This document shows, piece after piece, positions 26,191-36,277 of a stretch of DNA of 40,644 nt. The position numbers and the translations under genes are program-made. The DNA comes from a virus. Taxonomy: Duplodnaviria; Caudoviricetes. Position 1 is the stretch's first letter; the number at the start of each line of letters is the position of its first letter. Location of the stretch: positions 1-40,644 of the IMG/VR virus record IMGVR_UViG_3300045526_000169. The stretch is one strand, 5' to 3'. The notes beneath the pieces were generated by a model, which was not told where the DNA came from, searched no databases, and saw only the letters and a program-made list of their open reading frames with translations.

Positions 26191-26748
26191 ATGGCAAATT
26201 TACCCCATTACAGAAATTCAAAGGCTTCCGTAAATAAATGGGAACCAGTATATACAAACTTGTTTGAGGTAACTATTTTACCTCCGGGTGCAATTGGAGG
26301 AGGTCCTATTTTATTAGAACATGTCTTAAAAATAGGTGGTTTAGAAACTGAATTAGGACAAGAAGCAATTGAACAAACATTTAAAACTGCTAAAAGAAGT
26401 TATTTATCTACAGTACCTACAAATACAGTAGTAGATTTGGCAGTTGATTTTTCATTGAACTTGAATGACAACAATCAAATGTATGTATACAAAACTCTTA
26501 GAGATTGGAAAAGACTTGGATATAATCCATTAACTGGTCAAATGGGATTGAAGAAAGACTATGCAGATGCATCTTTAATCGTATCTCAATACAATAGAGT
26601 AGGTGATATATACTGGCAAAGAACTTTCTATGATGTTTATATTATGGGAAATATTCCATCATTAGCTGAATTAGATTATGGCACAGGTGACCCTGCAACA
26701 TTATCTGTTACCTTCCGTGCTGACTGGTGGGAAGAAAATATGGTATAA
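26191..26748 (+). CDS. tail tube protein (gp19-like)
   Basis: 185 aa, follows the sheath; EPVYTNLFEV, LRDW, KKDYA, LDY...VTFRADWW. Confidence 0.85.
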   Translation: MANLPHYRNSKASVNKWEPVYTNLFEVTILPPGAIGGGPILLEHVLKIGGLETELGQEAIEQTFKTAKRSYLSTVPTNTVVDLAVDFSLNLNDNNQMYVYKTLRDWKRLGYNPLTGQMGLKKDYADASLIVSQYNRVGDIYWQRTFYDVYIMGNIPSLAELDYGTGDPATLSVTFRADWWEENMV

Positions 26749-26768
26749 GATATACTATAAAGATAAAG

Positions 26769-26805
26769 AAAAGGCCCTTATAGTAAAATATAAGGGTTTT
26801 TTTTT
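26769..26805 (+). terminator. intrinsic terminator
   Basis: GGCCCTTATA-GTAAAA-TATAAGGGTT then a long T-run. Confidence 0.8.
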
Positions 26806-26808
26806 GTT

Positions 26809-26817
26809 GATTAAATA
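26809..26817 (+). promoter_or_regulatory. putative late promoter
   Basis: GATTAAATA immediately after the terminator. Confidence 0.65.
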
Positions 26818-26845
26818 TAATAAGTTACACTAAAAACAATTCAAT

Positions 26846-27877
26846 ATGAGTAATAAAAACAACACGCCAGAAGATGATGCATTAAGACATTTAGATGGTG
26901 AATCACAAATGACCAACGAAGAAAAAGGGGGTTTAGAAGATTTAGAAAATGCCGCAAAAAAGAATTATCCACAAGATGTAGATTCTACGCCAGTAAGGTC
27001 TTTAGGTAGAGCCGAGAGAACTGATTATGGTAAAGATATTCATGAAGAAACCTCTAGAGAATATGGTTTCTATCAATTGGATTCTAAACAATTTCCTAGT
27101 AGAGGTAAATTCTATACTGCAGATATGAAAATTAGAATTAAGGCAGCAACTGTAAAAGATATTAGAGGATTCTCTGCACTTGATGAAGAAAACCCATATG
27201 AGGTTGATGAAGCATTAGTTGATTTATTAAGTTCTTGTGTAAAGGTTTCTTTTTCAAATAGAGTTGGTTCTTGGAAAGACCTTTTGGAAGAGGATAGATT
27301 GTATTTGATTCTTTCAATTAGAGAATTAACATTTGCAGATGGAGAAAATAATATTTCATTTAAAGTTAAATGTGAATCTTGTAGTACAGAAAACTCTATG
27401 GAGATTAAAAATGAAAACTTCCAAAGACGAGAATTAAACGAAAAGATTGCTAAGTACTATTCTCCTGAAGATTTATGTTTCAATGTAGAAACTAAGACGC
27501 AGGGTGTTATTACAATTAAACCACCTACAATTGGTATTATGAGAGTAGTGAACAAATATATCAAAGAACTACAAGAAAAGAAAGTAAATGTAAAAGAACA
27601 ACTTCCTTTCTTAAAGGCATTACCTTATATGGCAAAAGAATGGAGAGGTTTTACTACTAAGGATATTGATAATCTTAGAATGGATTTTATGAGATGGGAC
27701 AAGAAACAATTCTTATTATTTTCTCAACTTACAGAATTAGCACAAGTATCCGTTAAAGAAAAGATGATGAAACCATGTGAAAAATGTATGGACCCAATTG
27801 AAGCAGATATTGAGTTACCAACAGGAATTAAAGGATTGTTTATCGAACAAAATATTTTAGACAACGAATTACTTTAA
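26846..27877 (+). CDS. baseplate hub assembly protein (T4 gp26-like)
   Basis: FPSRGKFY, IKAATVKD, DRLYLILSIRELTF, CxxC pairs, PPTIG; located after the tube gene. Confidence 0.7.
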   Translation: MSNKNNTPEDDALRHLDGESQMTNEEKGGLEDLENAAKKNYPQDVDSTPVRSLGRAERTDYGKDIHEETSREYGFYQLDSKQFPSRGKFYTADMKIRIKAATVKDIRGFSALDEENPYEVDEALVDLLSSCVKVSFSNRVGSWKDLLEEDRLYLILSIRELTFADGENNISFKVKCESCSTENSMEIKNENFQRRELNEKIAKYYSPEDLCFNVETKTQGVITIKPPTIGIMRVVNKYIKELQEKKVNVKEQLPFLKALPYMAKEWRGFTTKDIDNLRMDFMRWDKKQFLLFSQLTELAQVSVKEKMMKPCEKCMDPIEADIELPTGIKGLFIEQNILDNELL

Positions 27878-27896
27878 TAGTAATTATTCTAATAAG

Positions 27897-27928
27897 AAAA
27901 AGGGAATCAGAAATGGTTCCCTTTTTTT
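27897..27928 (+). terminator. intrinsic terminator
   Basis: AAAAGGGAATCA-GAAA-TGGTTCCCTTTTTTT, a near copy of the terminator at 25354. Confidence 0.8.
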
Positions 27929-27960
27929 GTTGCAATTAAATATAGTAGAATTATTTATAT

Positions 27961-28296
27961 ATGAGAGTTCCATTAGTTAGACTAGAAATGAAGGACATAT
28001 TCAAGTCTTTTAAAGTAGATTTGCGAGATTTTTATAAAAATCGAGTATATGTTCAACACTATTTACATATACAACCAACAGAAATAGATACACTATGTTT
28101 CTATGAATATCAATGGATGATAAAAGACCTTGTTGAATTACTTAAAGAACAGAATGGAGAAGGTAAAAAAGACAATCCTTACAATACTGATGAATATATG
28201 GATAAAATGAAAAACCAAGCAAATAGTTATACTAAAGGTTTTGGTAATATGAACAAAATGCCTAATATGGGAAGTTTCAAAATGCCAAAATTTTAA
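27961..28296 (+). CDS. gp51-like baseplate/tail assembly chaperone
   Basis: TEIDTLCFYEYQWMI pattern; between the gp26-like and tape-measure-like genes. Confidence 0.55.
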   Translation: MRVPLVRLEMKDIFKSFKVDLRDFYKNRVYVQHYLHIQPTEIDTLCFYEYQWMIKDLVELLKEQNGEGKKDNPYNTDEYMDKMKNQANSYTKGFGNMNKMPNMGSFKMPKF

Positions 28297-28301
28297 TTAT
28301 T

Positions 28302-28310
28302 GATTAAATA
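28302..28310 (+). promoter_or_regulatory. putative late promoter
   Basis: GATTAAATA 23 bp before ATG 28334. Confidence 0.6.
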
Positions 28311-28333
28311 GAAAAAGATGTAGTCTATACACA

Positions 28334-31300
28334 ATGGGAGAAAATCTAACAGCAGGTATTTTAAAAAGTATCGAGATAAAAACAGAATTAGCAATTAAGA
28401 TTAATCTTGACTTACTAACTGCAGTTAAGACTACTAATAATATTCTTTCTAAGGAAATCGGAAAAGAATTAAAAACTCAAACTAAATTATTAGGGCAAAT
28501 TTTAAAGGGAATAGTTTCAAAAGAAAAAACTTCCAAAACTTATGGTATTGTTAATAAAACACAAATAATACCACAGTTTATTATCTTTGGCGGAAAAGAT
28601 ACTAAACAGATTATTTCAGACAAAAAGTCATTAGAAAATTTAAAGAAATTTGCAGTCGGATTAGGAGATTTAGCAAAAAGTATAGAATTGTTCGCAAAAG
28701 CATTGAATTTATTAGAACCTAATAAACTTACTGCATTTGGTAATTTTATGGTAAATTATATGCTAAGTACTGGTAAAAAGATTTTACTATTTGCATTCTT
28801 TACTGCAATTGCTGCACCACTATTGTATATTGGATTAGCAGTCACCCTCCCTGCACTATGGTTATGGATGGGATTTTATATATACGCAGGGTTAATGGCA
28901 AAATCAGTATATAAAGGAATCAAAACAGTGAATAAAATGTTTTTGAATGTTCTTCTTGTCGTAGGTTCTATATACTTATCCATTTTGATAATAGAAAAGG
29001 TTGGAGGCATAAGTCATTTTTTTATGGCAATAGCAATAGTAATTTTAGCAATGTTTGTAGTTGCTGGTTTCTATTGGTTGTTATCTAAGATTGACAAACC
29101 AATAAAAGACGGTGGCAGAACAATGTTAATGTTGGCAATTACTACAGGTATAGTATTATTAATTATTGTACTTGCTGCATATATATTAGGTAATCCACAA
29201 GAACTAATTAAATCAACACTATTTGTGATAGGCGTACTTATTGGTCTTGCATTGGTATATCTATTGATATCATTAGCAGAAAATCAAATAAAAGGTGCTG
29301 GCAGAACAATGTTAATGTTGGCATTTACCACATTGCTTGTTATTGGCGTAATTATATTAGCTGCCATGTTTGGTGGTGGTCCAGAATCCCTATTTTTAAC
29401 TTCATTGATTGTAGTAGGTGTATTACTTGGTTTAGGAATAGTTTATATGATTATAGGTGTACTAGAGAAATTTATAAAGAAAGGTGTAATGGTAATGTTA
29501 CTTGGTGCAATTGTACTTATACTTATATCTGTTAGTATGATGATATGGAAAAATGCACAAATCGAATGGGAAGATATTGGAATGGTATTGGCATTAGTTA
29601 CGGGTTTAGGTATTGTATTTGGTCTAGCAGGGTTAGCAGCATTATTTATAGCAGCAGGTGCAGGTGCTATGATTTTAGTAGGGGTTGCATTAGTTCTTAT
29701 ATCGAGTTCATTAAAAACTTTTAAAGAAACTCAATGGTCTGCAGACGATACTGTAAATTTAACAGCAACATTAACTGATATAGTAAATGTATTTGTAGAT
29801 TTATTTTCTAATCTAAGTTTTAGTGATATGTTGAAGATATTATCAGGTACTGTACTATTAGGAAGTATCGGTATGTCATTGGGGTCATTGGCACAAGGTT
29901 TACAAGCATTTGCAAGTGGTTATACTCCTATATATGGTGTTAATGAAAAAGGAGAAGTTATTGTTACTGGAACAAAACCATTTGATGCAGATTTAGGTCA
30001 AAGGGTAGGCGAAACTATAAAAGCATTAATAACTCCTTTAATTGGAGGAGAAGATGGAAAAAGTGGTATTCTTGCACAATTAGGTGCTGAAGCAGATTCT
30101 TGGTGGGGTGAAAGTGATGTTTCAAGAGGTATTAGATTGGTTGGTGATATAGGAAATGCAATTGGTTCATTGGCAGCAGGTCTATCTGAATTTGGAAAAG
30201 GATATATAGTTACTGAATGGGAAATTGATGAAAAAGGTGTAGCAAGAGCAAAAACTACTGCACCGTTAGATGAAACATTTGCTACTAATGTTGCAAATAC
30301 AATGAGGACACTTGTCGGAACTCTTATTGGAATAGATGGACAACCTAATATTTTTGCAGAATTAGGTAAATCAGAAGATTCTTGGTGGGGAGATAGTGAT
30401 ACAGCAAAAGGTATAAAATTAGTAGGTGATATAGGTAATGCAATTGGTTCAATGGCAGAAGGACTTATTAATATGGCAGACCTTAAAATTCCAATTTATA
30501 AATATGACGAGAAGTCTAAAAAAATGATAATCGTAGATTATAAACAATGGACTTCAAAACATTCAAAAGCTGTAGGTGACAATATATTAACATTAGTATC
30601 ATCACTAACAAACCCATTAAAGAAAATAGGTGAAATGGAAGATGATATCGAAGATGGTATAGAAATACTAGAAGATTTAATGGAACCACTAACTTCTTTT
30701 ATTGACAATGCAAAGAAAGTTGCTGAAATGGATGCTACGAACTTAAAGAGTAATATGGATGCCATATTCAATCCATTAAAAACGGTATTTGGTAAAGGTG
30801 GTTTAACTACTATCCAAACAAGTAATACTTCATCTGTATTAGGAAAATACGCAACGCTTTTAGCACAAGTACCTAAAATTACAAATGCTGAACCTGTTGG
30901 TATAATGTTTGAAAAAATAGGTAAGAGTGTTACAGATATGCCATTGGATAAACTAAAACAATTAAATGGTATTATGGGTAACTTGCGAAAGTTTGCCGAA
31001 GAAATGAAAGGTAATTTTGATGACCTTGCTGAGGTATTAGAAAAATTAGCAACTGTAATGGCAGATATGGATGGTGCTAAAATAGCAGTAGAACAACAAG
31101 CAGCTAGTTCTGGTGTTTCTGGTAAAGTAGATAATGCAGCATCTTTGGTAAATTCATCTATCAATAACAGTAGTACAACTTCTGAAAAAGGTACAAAAAT
31201 GGATGTAACAGAATTAGTGAATAAACTACAAGCAATTCACGACACACTAAAAGGTGGTATTGAAGTTGAAGCAAAAGGCGGTAGTTTTCTATCTAGATAA
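28334..31300 (+). CDS. tape-measure-like protein with a multi-helix membrane region
   Basis: 988 aa, Ala/Gly/Leu-rich, many hydrophobic helices, internal repeats; tail-module position. Confidence 0.65.
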   Translation: MGENLTAGILKSIEIKTELAIKINLDLLTAVKTTNNILSKEIGKELKTQTKLLGQILKGIVSKEKTSKTYGIVNKTQIIPQFIIFGGKDTKQIISDKKSLENLKKFAVGLGDLAKSIELFAKALNLLEPNKLTAFGNFMVNYMLSTGKKILLFAFFTAIAAPLLYIGLAVTLPALWLWMGFYIYAGLMAKSVYKGIKTVNKMFLNVLLVVGSIYLSILIIEKVGGISHFFMAIAIVILAMFVVAGFYWLLSKIDKPIKDGGRTMLMLAITTGIVLLIIVLAAYILGNPQELIKSTLFVIGVLIGLALVYLLISLAENQIKGAGRTMLMLAFTTLLVIGVIILAAMFGGGPESLFLTSLIVVGVLLGLGIVYMIIGVLEKFIKKGVMVMLLGAIVLILISVSMMIWKNAQIEWEDIGMVLALVTGLGIVFGLAGLAALFIAAGAGAMILVGVALVLISSSLKTFKETQWSADDTVNLTATLTDIVNVFVDLFSNLSFSDMLKILSGTVLLGSIGMSLGSLAQGLQAFASGYTPIYGVNEKGEVIVTGTKPFDADLGQRVGETIKALITPLIGGEDGKSGILAQLGAEADSWWGESDVSRGIRLVGDIGNAIGSLAAGLSEFGKGYIVTEWEIDEKGVARAKTTAPLDETFATNVANTMRTLVGTLIGIDGQPNIFAELGKSEDSWWGDSDTAKGIKLVGDIGNAIGSMAEGLINMADLKIPIYKYDEKSKKMIIVDYKQWTSKHSKAVGDNILTLVSSLTNPLKKIGEMEDDIEDGIEILEDLMEPLTSFIDNAKKVAEMDATNLKSNMDAIFNPLKTVFGKGGLTTIQTSNTSSVLGKYATLLAQVPKITNAEPVGIMFEKIGKSVTDMPLDKLKQLNGIMGNLRKFAEEMKGNFDDLAEVLEKLATVMADMDGAKIAVEQQAASSGVSGKVDNAASLVNSSINNSSTTSEKGTKMDVTELVNKLQAIHDTLKGGIEVEAKGGSFLSR

Positions 31301-31310
31301 ATAATATAAT

Positions 31311-32114
31311 ATGAAAGTAAGAACTAAAAATCTATCTACAGAAGATTCAGAGGAAATAGAAGAATATATCCAAAAGAAATCTAAAATAAATAAATCTATG
31401 GCAACTAAATCTGCGAGAAAGGAATTCACAGACTCTTATAGTACAAGAGATTTTAAAACCAATTCAGCTAATCAAAAAAAGATAATTAAATCTATCTGCA
31501 ATGTAGATAATATTATTACGATAGTGCATGGTAAAGCGGGTACTGGTAAAACTTTTTCAGCAATACAAGGTGTACTCAAAGAGTTTCAAGCAAACCATTT
31601 ATACAATAAAATTTATTTACTTAAATCAGTAAAAACTTTAGACAACAAATCAGAAGATATTGGATTCTTGAAAGGTTCTATGGAAGAGAAAGTTGCACCC
31701 TTTATGTTTTCATACGATTTCAACTTTTGTCAGATAATGGATAGTACTGCATACAATAAAGCAAGAGAACAACAAATTATAGAGTTCTTGCCACTTGCTT
31801 ATATTAGAGGTATAGGACTTTCAAATTGTCTTATTATATTAGACGAGGCACAGAATGTAAATAGTTCTATACTTAGAACAGTTTTATCAAGAATTGGTCA
31901 GAATTGTAAGTTAGTTATATTAGGAGATACTAAACAAAAAGATAGTTCAACTGGACACACATCTGGATTAGATTTCTTAATTAAACACTTTACTGATATA
32001 AAAGGATTAGAATTTATAGAAATGTGTGCAGATGACCAATCAAGGTCAGAAATAATTAATATTATCGAAGATAGGTATGATGATTTAGAATCACAAGGAA
32101 TTCCAATTACGTAG
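31311..32114 (+). CDS. phoH: PhoH-family ATPase
   Basis: GKAGTGKT, IGFLKG, LAYIRG, ILDEAQN, RIG, GDTKQKD. Confidence 0.93.
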   Translation: MKVRTKNLSTEDSEEIEEYIQKKSKINKSMATKSARKEFTDSYSTRDFKTNSANQKKIIKSICNVDNIITIVHGKAGTGKTFSAIQGVLKEFQANHLYNKIYLLKSVKTLDNKSEDIGFLKGSMEEKVAPFMFSYDFNFCQIMDSTAYNKAREQQIIEFLPLAYIRGIGLSNCLIILDEAQNVNSSILRTVLSRIGQNCKLVILGDTKQKDSSTGHTSGLDFLIKHFTDIKGLEFIEMCADDQSRSEIINIIEDRYDDLESQGIPIT

Positions 32115-32118
32115 AGAA

Positions 32119-32472
32119 TTAAAAAAAGTTGAACTGGTTTCTTGACACGGTTAATATATTGTCAGTACCAAGAATATTTAAAGTATATGTTTCAGTTTCA
32201 GTATCTATCTTATTGATTTGAGCAAACTTTTTTTTACTGCGCACCCAAACAATCATACCTTTTATAATAGGGTTATCATTTTTTACAAAAACAACATCTT
32301 CATCATTTAGTTGTACTAAATTACCAATAATGCTATTTTGTGTTTTACTAACCGTAATAATAGTTTTTAGTGCTTCTCGAATGAAGTGAATATCAATATC
32401 TTTTTCTACACAATTTAATAAATTCTGTAGTAATTTTTCGGTAGTATCAAAATATGTTATTTCTTTTTTCAT
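32119..32472 (-). CDS. hypothetical protein with SH3/KOW-like C-terminus
   Basis: 117-aa ORF; KGMIVWV beta pattern. Confidence 0.55.
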   Translation of the reverse strand: MKKEITYFDTTEKLLQNLLNCVEKDIDIHFIREALKTIITVSKTQNSIIGNLVQLNDEDVVFVKNDNPIIKGMIVWVRSKKKFAQINKIDTETETYTLNILGTDNILTVSRNQFNFF

Positions 32473-32783
32473 TTTCTAAACAATAATCGCAATACTCTGT
32501 TACCAGATATGTCTTCTATAATATTTACTTCTGATACCATTTTATATTGGTCTGCTATACTAACATCTATATCACAAAGTTCTCCTTTCTTGGAAAGAAA
32601 ACCCCCATCAGGACATCTAGATAGAATAATATCAGTATCTTCATATCTAAGATGTACTGAATCGGGTAAACTAGAAATTTCTTCGAGTGGTAACTCATTA
32701 CCGTTTTGCAAGATTAACCTCAGTGGATTTAATGTTATTCTCAATTCTTTTTCTATTTGTATCATCAAGGCTTCCTTTTTCAT
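32469..32783 (-). CDS. hypothetical protein, start uncertain
   Basis: 4-bp overlap with the downstream gene but 86-bp overlap with the upstream glycosyltransferase. Confidence 0.45.
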   Translation of the reverse strand: MKKEALMIQIEKELRITLNPLRLILQNGNELPLEEISSLPDSVHLRYEDTDIILSRCPDGGFLSKKGELCDIDVSIADQYKMVSEVNIIEDISGNRVLRLLFRK

Positions 32784-33894
32784 TTCCTTTTTTTAATGCG
32801 TATTTAAAATATTTTAGTGCTTCTTCAAAGTTTCCAATATAGAATAAAGATACTCCATACATATCATACATTGCCCAATCATATACCATATTTTCTAAAA
32901 ATAAACTTGATGTATTACCAAGTTTCAATTTCTTTAATGCAAGTTTACAAAATTCTATTGCGTTTTTATGCATTTGCTCCTTTTGTAAGTAAGATACTAT
33001 ATTGAAAATATGTTCACATCTATTGTTAGTATCCAACTCTTCGCATTTTAAAAGTTGCATTATGATAAACTCATCGGATTCAAATGTATAATACATCCTA
33101 GATATCATCAATTGAGAATAGTATCTTTCTTCTTGATATCCTCTATTGTCCTTTACTCTTTCTTTGTAATAGTTTATGGACTTTTTTAATAAGTCTTTAC
33201 CTCTTTCAGTATCACCTTGTTGCATTGAGAAATTTCCAGCATCTCGGTAACTCTGACCTAAATAGAATGTCCATCTCGGGTCTTCCCAGTTATTCTTTTC
33301 TTGATAGTTTAAAAGTATTTCTGCATGGTCTTCATATTTCTTAGAAATATCACCTTTCCAAGAATTGCCATCTGGGACAATCTTCATATTACCCAAATCG
33401 AAAATTGCAACCTTACCTCTAGTTTTGTCTTTCTTTCTAAGAATCTCATGAACAGGACCATACCATTCATAGTTGCTACTGAACTTGTAGAATTGAGACC
33501 TATTATAGTTCATATGACCATATTTGCAATTTATCAAATATTCATCTATATTACTATTTGTAGTAAATAATAAATTTAATTTACTTTTACTAAAATCTGG
33601 ATTTAACTCAAGTATCTCATCAGCATCCATCCAGAAACCATAATCCCCTAATTCTTTTCCCTCTTCAATAGACTTGTTTCTACACTCTTCAAAGTTTGTA
33701 AATGGAAAATCTACAATCTTTCCAACAATCCCCTTTGAATCAAAAAAGTTTTTAATTACTTGTTTAGTATTGTCGGTAGAACCAGTATCCACTATACAAT
33801 AAGAATCTAACATCTTATAACAAGACTCAAGAGCACGTTCTATAACATGCTCTTCATCTTTAACTATCATAGTTAAAACTAATCTATTGCTCAT
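32698..33894 (-). CDS. GT2 glycosyltransferase with C-terminal TPR repeats
   Basis: MIVKDEE, VDTGSTDNT, RN, DADE (DxD), WYGPVHE, PRWTFYLGQSYRD; TPR-like helices. Confidence 0.9.
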   Translation of the reverse strand: MSNRLVLTMIVKDEEHVIERALESCYKMLDSYCIVDTGSTDNTKQVIKNFFDSKGIVGKIVDFPFTNFEECRNKSIEEGKELGDYGFWMDADEILELNPDFSKSKLNLLFTTNSNIDEYLINCKYGHMNYNRSQFYKFSSNYEWYGPVHEILRKKDKTRGKVAIFDLGNMKIVPDGNSWKGDISKKYEDHAEILLNYQEKNNWEDPRWTFYLGQSYRDAGNFSMQQGDTERGKDLLKKSINYYKERVKDNRGYQEERYYSQLMISRMYYTFESDEFIIMQLLKCEELDTNNRCEHIFNIVSYLQKEQMHKNAIEFCKLALKKLKLGNTSSLFLENMVYDWAMYDMYGVSLFYIGNFEEALKYFKYALKKGNEKGSLDDTNRKRIENNIKSTEVNLAKR

Positions 33895-34135
33895 CTTTTG
33901 GTGATGTTTGATTAGCTATATTTGCTTTAACTATTGTATTAATTACTTTGATTGACTGACCAATTAAACTCAAAGAATCAAAATCATAGATTCCCTTTTG
34001 TCTTCCGATATCTGCTGCTTGTATTAATACGTCTAATGCTTGACCTAAGTTTTCAACACTATTAATCTTAGTCGGTTGTTCGGCATTTTGAACAGTGTCT
34101 TGTACTTTTTCTAGTACTGGTTTTTCTTTTGGCAT
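33884..34135 (-). CDS. hypothetical protein
   Basis: 83-aa ORF overlapping the glycosyltransferase start. Confidence 0.65.
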   Translation of the reverse strand: MPKEKPVLEKVQDTVQNAEQPTKINSVENLGQALDVLIQAADIGRQKGIYDFDSLSLIGQSIKVINTIVKANIANQTSPKDEQ

Positions 34136-34153
34136 GATTTATATAATTAAAAG

Positions 34154-35236
34154 TTAATATGCTAACATCATACTTACTTGCATACCATCTAGTTGTGAAA
34201 TAATCTTTCCATCAAATCTATCTGCTTCAAGTACAAGTAAGTTATTTACTTTTATAGTAGAGGGGAATCCGCTATCTAATAATACTTTGTTACCTGAGTA
34301 TTCTATAGTTCCACCGATTTCTACTTTACCCGGAAGTGCTATATTAGTACTATTGTACATATAAGTATTTGTATAATCACCCCACTCTATTAATTCAATA
34401 CAATTAAATGCTATTTTATTTTCAACAATATCATTTATTTTTTGGTCTAATTTAACAAGTACCCACTTTCCTGCAGTATTGTCGAAAATAAACAAAATAT
34501 AATCATTATTTGGATTTGTAAATGCATAATAATCTAGTTGGCATTTATAATCACATTCTGCATCTCCTGTCTTTATAACTAAGTTATTATCTGTAAGAAC
34601 TCCAATAAATGCAAACTGATAAATACCTCCTACCACTGCAGTTGCACCTGCTGTAGAACCAACATCACAAGTTGCACCAATTCCACCCGTAATTCCAACC
34701 GAACCTGTTACACCAGTTGCACCAGTAACTCCACAATTTAGTGTAGTTGCTGCAGTACATCCTGCCCATCCAGTTACTCCAGTTGCAGTAGCACCATGTG
34801 TACAATCAAAAACAAGATTACTATCTAAATATAATGTATTTTGGTCTAAGTTAAAATATGTATATTGATTGATTTGAAAGTCTAATAGCGTATCAGTTGC
34901 GTTTGCACCTGCTGATGAACTACAACAAGTTTTAATTAAACTATTATTAGCAGGAGAACAATAATTATTATAATTCATAATACTTGAAACTACTCCATTA
35001 GATGTAGTATTGTTCTTTTCATTTCTAACTCTAAGAAAAATAAACTTATACTTTCCTGTAATGCCAATTTCATCACTTTTATTCAGAGTACCATTCCAAG
35101 TAGTCCAATTAGTAACGGTTGGTTTATAATCCAATAACGTAAGCATTTTTTCATACTGAACTACATCAGCACCATTTAAAGTCCTTACTTTAGGACCCTC
35201 GTTACTTATTTCTATATAACAACCTTTACTTGACAT
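34154..35236 (-). CDS. putative structural protein with a Thr-rich collagen-like segment
   Basis: GVTGATGVTGSVGITGGIGAT (7 Gly-X-Y triplets) within a Cys/Thr/Gly-rich region. Confidence 0.6.
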   Translation of the reverse strand: MSSKGCYIEISNEGPKVRTLNGADVVQYEKMLTLLDYKPTVTNWTTWNGTLNKSDEIGITGKYKFIFLRVRNEKNNTTSNGVVSSIMNYNNYCSPANNSLIKTCCSSSAGANATDTLLDFQINQYTYFNLDQNTLYLDSNLVFDCTHGATATGVTGWAGCTAATTLNCGVTGATGVTGSVGITGGIGATCDVGSTAGATAVVGGIYQFAFIGVLTDNNLVIKTGDAECDYKCQLDYYAFTNPNNDYILFIFDNTAGKWVLVKLDQKINDIVENKIAFNCIELIEWGDYTNTYMYNSTNIALPGKVEIGGTIEYSGNKVLLDSGFPSTIKVNNLLVLEADRFDGKIISQLDGMQVSMMLAY

Positions 35237-35245
35237 TTAATTAAA

Positions 35246-35830
35246 TTATTTTTCTCCAAGTTTACCTATACTATCTGTAGATTTATCAATAGTATTCAAC
35301 AAACCAGAAGTATCCCTATCTGAATCTTTTTCCTCTTCTTTATTTAATTCATCTATTATTTCAGATTCTTCATCTTCTTTAGTTTCCAATCCTTCTTGTT
35401 TAGGACTCAAGTAATCCATCAATGATTTAATAAACCCAAGTGATACGATTGGTAAAATACCACCACTAATAAAAGCAAAAACTCTTCTCTTGAAATTCTC
35501 ATCTTCATCTACTAAATCAAATAGTTTCACCCAATTAGAAATATCATCGGAATGAGTCCATGCCCAATACATATTACCATGAATCTGAAATGCAGTAAGA
35601 ATAACAAAAAGCATCCATATAAGAAACTTATTTCCTTTTGATATGATAATACCTCCAAGAGATGCCATCGCACCAATTTCAAATGCAATAGCAAGACACC
35701 ATGCAAGTGTTTTACTATTTGACAATTCAAAAAACTCAATAGAGTGAATTGTACTTACTGTACTTACTAACATCCATAATGCAATAAATGTACCTACCCA
35801 AAATTTCTCTAATATACTACTTAAATTCAT
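35246..35830 (-). CDS. four-helix membrane protein with an acidic tail
   Basis: Four hydrophobic helices; D/E-rich C-terminus. Confidence 0.7.
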   Translation of the reverse strand: MNLSSILEKFWVGTFIALWMLVSTVSTIHSIEFFELSNSKTLAWCLAIAFEIGAMASLGGIIISKGNKFLIWMLFVILTAFQIHGNMYWAWTHSDDISNWVKLFDLVDEDENFKRRVFAFISGGILPIVSLGFIKSLMDYLSPKQEGLETKEDEESEIIDELNKEEEKDSDRDTSGLLNTIDKSTDSIGKLGEK

Positions 35831-35833
35831 AAT

Positions 35834-36277
35834 TTACTTAGAAGTCTTAATCATTTTATCAAACTCCTTTAGGTATTTAATCACATCGTCTTGGTAGAAT
35901 TTATTTAAAATTTCAAAATCTTTAGGTGATATTTTAGATAATTGCATATACTTAATAGCAAGTTCTTTATCTATTTTATTGTTAGTTATACTTTTTTTAT
36001 CAGTAGACATTGATATTCTTAAATTTCTTTTAATGATATCAAGTATCTGTTTACCCCTTGGCGTGCTATCCAATTCTACAAATACTTTATTCCAAAAGTC
36101 TACACCAGATTCAGGTACTGAATTCAGATGACCAAGTCCAATAGCAACATCTGGAAGAGTTCTTGATAACATTCTATTAATAATAAAGAAATGTCTCTTC
36201 TTATCTAAATTAGAAACCTCATTGTAATTAGAGGTTCCTAATATATTTATTATATCAAAAGGTGATTTAATTATCAT
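35834..36277 (-). CDS. clamp loader small subunit (T4 gp62-like)
   Basis: SPFDII...FFIINRMLS motif; close to the gp44-like gene. Confidence 0.6.
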   Translation of the reverse strand: MIIKSPFDIINILGTSNYNEVSNLDKKRHFFIINRMLSRTLPDVAIGLGHLNSVPESGVDFWNKVFVELDSTPRGKQILDIIKRNLRISMSTDKKSITNNKIDKELAIKYMQLSKISPKDFEILNKFYQDDVIKYLKEFDKMIKTSK

